A DNA stretch of 64,000 nucleotides from an uncultured Pelagibacteraceae bacterium (GTDB lineage Bacteria > Pseudomonadota > Alphaproteobacteria > Pelagibacterales > Pelagibacteraceae). Shown here piece after piece: positions 57,320 to 64,000 of the stretch. The stretch lies in NCBI GenBank assembly GCA_902634885.1, contig CACPLR010000001.1, positions 16,170-80,169 of the forward strand. Reading direction: 5' to 3'. Position numbers and translations under genes: made by a program. The notes beneath the pieces are model-generated. The model was not told the origin of the DNA and ran no database searches. It worked only from the letters and a program-made list of their open reading frames with translations. The number at the start of each line of letters is the position of its first letter. Position 1 is the stretch's first letter.

Positions 57320-58240
57320 ATGATTTCTGTTTTATTTCCTGGTCAAGGCTCCCAATCTCCCGGGATGGCAAAAGTATTTTATGATAACTTTGATTATGTA
57401 AAGTCTTTATTTAATGAAGTGGACGATTTACTAAAAAAACCAGTGAGTAAATTTGTATTAGAAGGACCTAGGGATATACTTGATCTTACTGAAAATACAC
57501 AACCAGCGATATTTTTAGTTAGTTTTAGCATTTTTAATGTTTTAAAAAAAGAGACTTCATTTAACATGAACTCTGCTAGTTACTTTGCAGGTCATTCACT
57601 AGGTGAGTACTCTGCACTAGCGTGTGCAGAAACTATATCGTTTTCTCAAACAATAAAATTATTAAAAAAAAGAGGATACGCAATGCAATCAGCAGTTCCA
57701 AAAGGTCAAGGAGGGATGTTAGTAGTTTTAGGAACAAATGTTGAAAAAATAAATGAGATATTAGAGATAAATAAAAATAAATTTACGTGTTATATAGCTA
57801 ATGATAATTCAGTTGGTCAAGTAGTTGTTAGCGGAATTAATCAAGATTTAGAAAAATTTTCATCAGAATTAATTAATAATAATATTAAAAACATAAAACT
57901 TCCAGTTAGTGCACCTTTTCATTGTAAACTTATGAGTAGTGCAACAAAAATAATGGAGGAAGAAATCCGTAATGTTGAGTTTAATCCACCAAAAGTTGAT
58001 ATTATTTCAAATGTTACCTCGGAACCAGTAAAAGAAGTATCTGAAATTAAAAAATTATTAATTAGTCAAATAGAAAAACCTGTAAGATGGCGAGAGATAA
58101 TAAATTACATGATAAATAACAATATAAATAAGTTCATAGAAATTGGTCCTGGAAAAGTACTCTCAGGATTAGTAAAAAGAATAAATAGAAAAGTAGAAAC
58201 TATACAAATTAATGAATTAGATGATTTAAAAAAGATTTAA
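57320..58240 (+). CDS. fabD: Malonyl-CoA:ACP transacylase
   Basis: LFPGQGSQ, TQPAI, AGHSLGEYSA, VSAPFHC, EIGPGKVL. Confidence 0.97.
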   Translation: MISVLFPGQGSQSPGMAKVFYDNFDYVKSLFNEVDDLLKKPVSKFVLEGPRDILDLTENTQPAIFLVSFSIFNVLKKETSFNMNSASYFAGHSLGEYSALACAETISFSQTIKLLKKRGYAMQSAVPKGQGGMLVVLGTNVEKINEILEINKNKFTCYIANDNSVGQVVVSGINQDLEKFSSELINNNIKNIKLPVSAPFHCKLMSSATKIMEEEIRNVEFNPPKVDIISNVTSEPVKEVSEIKKLLISQIEKPVRWREIINYMINNNINKFIEIGPGKVLSGLVKRINRKVETIQINELDDLKKI

Positions 58241-58244
58241 ATTA

Positions 58245-58982
58245 ATGATAGATTTAAAAGGTAGCAATATTATTCTTACAGGAGCAACTGGAGGTATAGG
58301 TAATTCTATTTTAGAGAATTTAGTTTCAAATGGCGCCAATGTTTTAGCAACAGGAACAAATGATAAAAAACTAAAGTCAATTAAAGAAAGTTACGAAAGT
58401 GTTAAAACAGAAAAGTTTGATATATCAAACCACTCCGAAATTGAAAATTTTATAAATTTAGCTAGTGATAATTTAGGTGGAAGAATTGATGTTTTGATTA
58501 ATAATGCTGGTATTACTAGAGATAACCTTTCTATAAGAATGAAAGATGATGAGTGGAATGAAGTTCTAAATATTAATTTAACATCAACTTTTCTTTTATC
58601 TAAAAATGTTATTAAAAAAATGCTCAAGAATAAAAAAGGAAAGATTATTAATATAACTTCCATAGTAGGACATACTGGCAATATTGGACAAGCTAACTAT
58701 ACCGCCTCTAAAGCAGGAGTGGTTGCAATGTCAAAAAGTTTGGCTTTGGAATATGGAAAAAAGAATATTAATATAAATTGTATTTCTCCTGGTTTTATAT
58801 CAACAGAAATGACCGATAAAATTAATAAAGAATATAAAGAAGTTTTAAAGTCCAAAATACCAATGAATAGATTTGGCACCCCTAGTGATATTGCGAATAC
58901 TGTCATTTTTTTAAGCTCTAATCTTTCAGATTATATAACCGGAGAAACAATACATGTTAATGGTGGCATGTATTTTAGTTGA
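58245..58982 (+). CDS. fabG: 3-oxoacyl-ACP reductase
   Basis: TGATGGIG, NNAGITRD, GQANYTASKAG, PGFI.T.MT, GETIHVNGGM. Confidence 0.96.
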   Translation: MIDLKGSNIILTGATGGIGNSILENLVSNGANVLATGTNDKKLKSIKESYESVKTEKFDISNHSEIENFINLASDNLGGRIDVLINNAGITRDNLSIRMKDDEWNEVLNINLTSTFLLSKNVIKKMLKNKKGKIINITSIVGHTGNIGQANYTASKAGVVAMSKSLALEYGKKNININCISPGFISTEMTDKINKEYKEVLKSKIPMNRFGTPSDIANTVIFLSSNLSDYITGETIHVNGGMYFS

Positions 58983-59006
58983 CAAAATCAACAAAATATT
59001 TATTAA
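58979..59006 (+). promoter_or_regulatory. Candidate sigma70 promoter for acpP
   Basis: TTGACA (58979-58984, overlapping the fabG stop), 16-nt spacer, TATTAA. Confidence 0.4.
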
Positions 59007-59028
59007 CGACTTAATTTAAAGGATATAA

Positions 59029-59268
59029 ATGTCAGACGATATTTCAAGCAAAGTTAAGAAAATAGTTGCAGACCATTTGGGTATTGATGAGGCAAAAGTA
59101 ACTGACGAATCTAGTTTTATTGATGATCTTGGCGCAGATAGCTTAGATACTGTAGAATTGGTTATGGCTTTTGAGGAAGAATTTGGATCAGAAATTTCAG
59201 ATAGTGATGCTGAAAAAATTCTTACAGTTGGTGATGCTGTAAAATTTATTGAAAATAAAGCTAATTAG
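59029..59268 (+). CDS. acpP: Acyl carrier protein
   Basis: [20 protein letters not shown] phosphopantetheine motif. Confidence 0.98.
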   Translation: MSDDISSKVKKIVADHLGIDEAKVTDESSFIDDLGADSLDTVELVMAFEEEFGSEISDSDAEKILTVGDAVKFIENKAN

Positions 59269-59281
59269 ATTTTAGTTACAT

Positions 59282-59911
59282 ATGTCCGAAAAAATCGAGG
59301 GGACGATTGTCATATTATCATCTCCCTCGGGTGCAGGGAAAACTACCCTTGTAAATAAAATTTCAAGAGAAAATAATTTTCAAATTTCTGTTTCTCATAC
59401 AACAAGGAAACCACGTTCTAATGAAGTTGATGGAAAAGACTATTTTTTTGTTAGTGAATCAAAATTTAAAAAATTAATAGATAGCGATAAATTTTTGGAA
59501 TATGCAAAAGTTTTCAATCATTATTATGGTTCTTCAAAGGATATTATTTTTCATAAACTTAATAGAGGACAAAATGTAATATTTGATATTGATTGGCAAG
59601 GAGCTCAACAAATTAAAAAAAAAAAACTAAGTTATAAAATAGTTACGATATTTATATTACCTCCAAGCAAAAAAGAACTTTATAATAGACTTTTGAATAG
59701 AGATAAAAATAATGAGAGAATAGCGATGGAGAGAATGAAACAATTTAATAAGGATGTTTTGCATTGGAAAGATTATGATGTAGTAGTTATAAATGATGAC
59801 TTAGATAAATGTTATAAAAAAATATTGAAAATTCTTAATAATAAAAAAACCTTCAAAAACCAAAATAATCAAAAACTAATATCTTTGCACGTTGACAGTT
59901 TACTTAATTAA
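59282..59911 (+). CDS. gmk: Guanylate kinase
   Basis: [38 protein letters not shown]. Confidence 0.96.
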   Translation: MSEKIEGTIVILSSPSGAGKTTLVNKISRENNFQISVSHTTRKPRSNEVDGKDYFFVSESKFKKLIDSDKFLEYAKVFNHYYGSSKDIIFHKLNRGQNVIFDIDWQGAQQIKKKKLSYKIVTIFILPPSKKELYNRLLNRDKNNERIAMERMKQFNKDVLHWKDYDVVVINDDLDKCYKKILKILNNKKTFKNQNNQKLISLHVDSLLN

Positions 59912-60694
59912 TTTTTCATAAATCAAACATAACTTATAAAAAGTATCCTTATCCAGATTTTGTGGTCTTAATTTTACATCTAATTTTAATTCATCAACTA
60001 TATTTTTGGAGTTATTAAAAAGAATATCTAGTGGTTTTTTAATCATTTTTCTTCTTTTATTAAAAAAAATATTTGTGATATGTTCAAGATTTCTTGAATT
60101 CTCAAATTCAACATAATTAGATTTTGGTTCAAATATTAATAAAGTGCTTGTAACTTTTGGTTTTGGGTAAAAACAAGATGGGTCAATATCCATAATTTTT
60201 CTAGCATTTAATTTCCATGAAGAAAATATAGACAATCTTCCATAGTTTTTTGTATTGTCTTTTGCTAAAATTCTCTCAGCAACTTCTTTTTGAAACATAA
60301 AAATTAATCTTTTAAACAAAAAATCTTTCTTATTATAACTGATAATTTTGGTAAGTATTTTGCTTGAAATATTGTATGGAAGATTTCCAAATATAATTAA
60401 ATTTTTATTACTTAGACTGCTCAGATCATATTTTAAAAAATCTTCATTTATAACAACAGCATTTCTTCTAAATTTTTCATTTAGATTTTTAATTAAACTT
60501 TTGTCTTTTTCTATAACGATGAATTTTTGTGGTTTTTTTAGTATAATAGCTTCGGTCAACTTACCAGTTCCAGGTCCAATCTCTAAAACATTATCTTGTT
60601 TATTTATATTGCCGACTTCACATATTTTCTTTATGACGTTTTTGTCAATTAAAAAGTTTTGCCCTAAGCTTTTTTTAGGAATCACATCCATCAA
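59900..60694 (-). CDS. rsmA: 16S rRNA m6,2A dimethyltransferase (KsgA)
   Basis: [44 protein letters not shown]. Confidence 0.96.
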   Translation of the reverse strand: MMDVIPKKSLGQNFLIDKNVIKKICEVGNINKQDNVLEIGPGTGKLTEAIILKKPQKFIVIEKDKSLIKNLNEKFRRNAVVINEDFLKYDLSSLSNKNLIIFGNLPYNISSKILTKIISYNKKDFLFKRLIFMFQKEVAERILAKDNTKNYGRLSIFSSWKLNARKIMDIDPSCFYPKPKVTSTLLIFEPKSNYVEFENSRNLEHITNIFFNKRRKMIKKPLDILFNNSKNIVDELKLDVKLRPQNLDKDTFYKLCLIYEKLIK

Positions 60695-61629
60695 ATTCTG
60701 TTAATAAAGTCCATTGCACAGAAAATAGATGATGGATCTGAAATATTTTTATGATACATCTCATTATTTGGTCCATGATCAGGTGAAATTCTTATAAACG
60801 GTAACCCAATTGTTATATTTATAGCATTAAAATTAAATAGTGTTTTTAAAGGTGTTAAAACCTGATCATGATACATACCAACAACTACATCATATTCATC
60901 TATATTTTTTTTTATAAAAAAAGTATCTGCAGAAAATGGTCCTTTAAGATAAATCATTTCTTTCCTTAGTTTATTTATTGCAGGAATAATTATTTTTTTT
61001 TCTTCACCAATTTTATCTACTGTTTCACAATGCGGATTGAGACCCAGAACAGCAATTTTAGGTTTATGTCTAAAAGTTTTTTGATAAAAATTATTAATTG
61101 ATCTTATATTTTTTACAATTTTTATTTTATTTATATGTTTTGATACATGTCTAATTGGTAAATGTGTAGTGATAGGAGAAACAGAAATTTTCTTGTTGTA
61201 AATCAACATAACTGGGTTTTTCGAACCTGTTTTTTCTGCAAGATATTCTGTAACACCTAAGAATCTTTTATTTAAAAAAGTTTTTTTTTCAACTGGTCCA
61301 TTTATAAGTGCTATATCTTTATTTTTTTTAAGAATTGAAATCGACTTTTTAAAACTTTCTGAGATATACTCCCTATAATTTTTTTTTTTAACTTTTATAT
61401 CAATTAAATTCAATTTATTTCTAAGTGCATTTTCAACTTCATTAATTTGATATAATTTATTTTTATAATTATTAATTTTAGCTTCTCTCTCAATAATTTT
61501 TTTATTCCCTATTAGTATTATTTTCTTTTTTTTAATTATAGTATCTTTTGATTTTAAATATTTGAACAATATTTCTAAAAAAATACTTTTAGGCTCAGCA
61601 GTAACAATAAGAAGTTTATCTATACTCAT
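60691..61629 (-). CDS. pdxA: 4-hydroxythreonine-4-phosphate dehydrogenase
   Basis: TTHLP, GLNPH, GPFSADT.F, MYHDQ, TIGLPFIRISPDHG. Confidence 0.9.
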   Translation of the reverse strand: MSIDKLLIVTAEPKSIFLEILFKYLKSKDTIIKKKKIILIGNKKIIEREAKINNYKNKLYQINEVENALRNKLNLIDIKVKKKNYREYISESFKKSISILKKNKDIALINGPVEKKTFLNKRFLGVTEYLAEKTGSKNPVMLIYNKKISVSPITTHLPIRHVSKHINKIKIVKNIRSINNFYQKTFRHKPKIAVLGLNPHCETVDKIGEEKKIIIPAINKLRKEMIYLKGPFSADTFFIKKNIDEYDVVVGMYHDQVLTPLKTLFNFNAINITIGLPFIRISPDHGPNNEMYHKNISDPSSIFCAMDFINRI

Positions 61630-62539
61630 TTATGATAGAATTTTGTTTAAGCTTTTTATAATAGTTTATGGAAAAAATATTAATCTGTTTATTTTGTTCA
61701 AAAATTATTTGTTTTTTTTTCTCTTTTTCTAAATCAAACTTTTTCTTAATCTCTCTTTTCGCGTTTATTTTAATTATTAAATTTCCACTAGGAATTTTAA
61801 TTGGTTTTGTATATTCACCTGTTTTTAGAGGTAAAATCTTTTCCTGCAATTCTGGTGATAGACTGCCTAAATTCACCCATCCAATTTCACCACCCTTTGA
61901 AGCAGTGTCAGAGATACTAAACTTCAAAGCGGCATTTTTAAAACCATATTTTTTTATAAACTCATTTAATTCATTTAAATTTACATCTAAATCAAATAAT
62001 ATTTCTGAAACATTAAGTTCGTAGATTTTTTCTTGTTGATTTTTATATCTTTTAATTTTTTTAATAATTTCTTTTTCGTCAATTTTGATTTGTTTCTTAA
62101 ATTTTTCATATACTAGTGCACCCCAAAGATGCTCTAGAACAAGTTTTCTTTTTACTAATTCCAAGTTTATTCCCTCTTTTTTCAAAAAAATTATATACTC
62201 TTTTTTATTCTTAAAACCTAAACTAATATAGTTTTGCTCTATAAGTTTTGTTTCAAGATTGGATCTTTTCTCAATATTAATAAATTTATCAATCTCTTTT
62301 TTTTTTATTATTTCCTTGATCAATGAGTTTTTTGATAATTCAAGTAAATCATTTTTACTTAAATTTTTTAAATTGTTATTTGTTAATAGCAGAAACTTAA
62401 CCTGATTTTCTAAATCAACATTAGTAATAATTTCATTATTAACTTTACCAACTATTTTATATTCACTTGATTTAGAGTATGTAGAAATAAAAATTAAAAT
62501 AAAAAAAATAAAAAAATAAAAATTTTTTTTTGGGAGCAT
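61616..62539 (-). CDS. surA: SurA-like peptidyl-prolyl isomerase/chaperone
   Basis: Signal peptide, VNNEIIT..D, parvulin motif A.KFS...TASKGGEIGW; conserved lptD-surA-pdxA-rsmA order. Confidence 0.8.
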   Translation of the reverse strand: MLPKKNFYFFIFFILIFISTYSKSSEYKIVGKVNNEIITNVDLENQVKFLLLTNNNLKNLSKNDLLELSKNSLIKEIIKKKEIDKFINIEKRSNLETKLIEQNYISLGFKNKKEYIIFLKKEGINLELVKRKLVLEHLWGALVYEKFKKQIKIDEKEIIKKIKRYKNQQEKIYELNVSEILFDLDVNLNELNEFIKKYGFKNAALKFSISDTASKGGEIGWVNLGSLSPELQEKILPLKTGEYTKPIKIPSGNLIIKINAKREIKKKFDLEKEKKKQIIFEQNKQINIFSINYYKKLKQNSIINEYR

Positions 62540-63999
62540 TACTTAAATTCTGTTGCTTGAGGTCTTAATTCTGCAAATGGAATAAATTTTAAATAAAACA
62601 ATAAACTCTTATCTGGTTGAATATTTCCATCTTTATAGAATTTCTTATTATAATCTATCGAAGCAATTAAGCAGTCTGTTTTATATTGATATGTAAATTT
62701 ATAAAATTCAGTAAAATCTGTCTTCAAATTTTTTGTAGCATTAAACTTGATTATATTTTCATCATTTAAATTATAACTAGTAGAGTTACTTATAGTTTCA
62801 GCATTTCCTATTTCATTATCTTCAGATAAATAATTAAAATTGGATTGAAGATTGCCAAAATCAAGATTTGTTGAAATAGATTGGTAATTTGAATTTTTAA
62901 AATCTCTATCATAAGAGAAATTATAATTAAAATCTAATTGTTGTATAGGTTTTAATTTAAGTTTACCGACAATATCAGATCTTTTTTGGTCAAGTTTGGT
63001 TTTCCTTGGTAAATTATTTCTTTTTTTATCACTTATTGAATTAGCTAATTTAAAATTAAGAATATTATTATTTTGTTTATCATCAATATCATATTCTATA
63101 CCAAGTGAAATAGATCCACCTTCCTCTACATTTCTATTTGAGCCAATTCTATTTAAAGAGAATATATTGTCATAAGTTAATCTTAAATCCTTATCGGCGA
63201 TATTTTTTGAATTATTGGGGCTATATCTTGTTACGAAAATTGGTTTCAAATAATTATTAAAACTATCAGTTTTTTTTATTAAAGGTAATTCGGATCTAAA
63301 TAAGATGGATTGATATAAGTCTGTTGAATCTTTATCATCAGTGGGTGTACTAGTAAAAGAATTGTCGTGTTTAATTAAAAATTGATAATTATTTTTTACA
63401 CCATTCTTTGATATAAAATTATTGGAATTAAAAAGAAAATCATTTGTAATTATAGCTTCATAATTATTAGTATTAAAGTTTTGTTGATATCCAGAGCTAT
63501 TAAAAAAAAAGTTACCATTATAAATTTTGTCGATATTTACTTTCTTATTAAAATCAAAATTTGGAAGAATATAACGATAACGATCACTATCTCTAATTGA
63601 TAAATCCTCATAAACTATGAAATTACTTTTTAAAAATGTGTCATCATCTATTCTTTTTTTAAAACTTAATTCAGATGTTAATAAACTTTCATTATTAATA
63701 ATATTAGAAGAGTTAGATAAATTATGTAATTTTAAATATTCATCATTAGAAACACTTTGATATTTAAATTCGTATTCACTTCCTTTTTTAGTCTTACCAT
63801 TTGATTTTGTAAAAAAATGAGAATTAGTGTTTTTTCCATCATTATTATAGCTAAAGTCAGCTATTAAATTTGAATTTTCAAACGCTTGTCTATATTCAGA
63901 TTGCAAAATAAATTTATCATCAAGATACAATCTTGGTTTAAATGTAAAATCTTTATCTAAATCAATTGCTTTAAAATATGGTATATTAACCCAACTCCC
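62539..63999 (-). CDS. lptD: LPS assembly outer-membrane protein LptD (5' truncated by window)
   Basis: Frame is open to the window end (GSWVNIPYFKAIDLDKDFTFKP...); beta-barrel-like sequence, VSND.YL, Y..DC; synteny with surA-pdxA. Confidence 0.85.
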   Translation of the reverse strand, partial: GSWVNIPYFKAIDLDKDFTFKPRLYLDDKFILQSEYRQAFENSNLIADFSYNNDGKNTNSHFFTKSNGKTKKGSEYEFKYQSVSNDEYLKLHNLSNSSNIINNESLLTSELSFKKRIDDDTFLKSNFIVYEDLSIRDSDRYRYILPNFDFNKKVNIDKIYNGNFFFNSSGYQQNFNTNNYEAIITNDFLFNSNNFISKNGVKNNYQFLIKHDNSFTSTPTDDKDSTDLYQSILFRSELPLIKKTDSFNNYLKPIFVTRYSPNNSKNIADKDLRLTYDNIFSLNRIGSNRNVEEGGSISLGIEYDIDDKQNNNILNFKLANSISDKKRNNLPRKTKLDQKRSDIVGKLKLKPIQQLDFNYNFSYDRDFKNSNYQSISTNLDFGNLQSNFNYLSEDNEIGNAETISNSTSYNLNDENIIKFNATKNLKTDFTEFYKFTYQYKTDCLIASIDYNKKFYKDGNIQPDKSLLFYLKFIPFAELRPQATEFK

Positions 64000-64000
64000 A

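Noticed and set aside
2111-62024. About 35 short ORFs in the track that are antisense to, or out of frame within, long genes (e.g. 2371-2658, 17940-18377, 31636-31986, 55406-55750, 60348-60704)
   Set aside because: They lie wholly or almost wholly within well-supported genes and show no family motifs; they look like shadow ORFs of biased codon usage.
61381-62540. Long A/T homopolymer runs as phase-variation tracts
   Set aside because: They are in-frame Lys/Phe codon runs common throughout this AT-rich window and do not interrupt any ORF.
1-64000. CRISPR arrays, tandem repeats, IS elements, integrases, prophage or defence genes, tRNA/rRNA
   Set aside because: I saw no regularly spaced repeats, transposase/integrase/phage motifs or cloverleaf structures; nearly all sequence is explained by metabolic or housekeeping CDSs.

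Overview
A very AT-rich, gene-dense alphaproteobacterial chromosome segment with tiny or overlapping intergenic spaces. It is most consistent with a SAR11/Pelagibacter-type streamlined genome (inference from composition, the glycine riboswitch-gcvTHP unit and gene order). The left ~50 kb is a glycine/C1/organic-nitrogen region. It holds a tandem glycine riboswitch with gcvTHP and a probable methylated/furan fatty acid cluster (UfaD/UfaO/UfaM-like). It also holds a molybdenum-cofactor island (moaABCDE, mobA, moeA) with msrPQ and a two-subunit NAD-linked formate dehydrogenase, aldB-DUF779, and a DMT-creatinase-amidinotransferase-threonine aldolase operon. Further right is a TRAP transporter whose binding protein lacks the canonical carboxylate Arg, next to ALDH, Fe-ADH and GATase genes; this is a candidate ethanolamine-to-glycine gamma-glutamylation pathway. 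gshAB follows. The right ~14 kb is core housekeeping (purF, cvpA, dnaB, rplI-rpsR-rpsF, fabD-fabG-acpP, gmk, rsmA-pdxA-surA-lptD). I saw no tRNA, rRNA, CRISPR array, IS element or prophage. All calls rest on motif recognition and recalled family knowledge; no searches were run.
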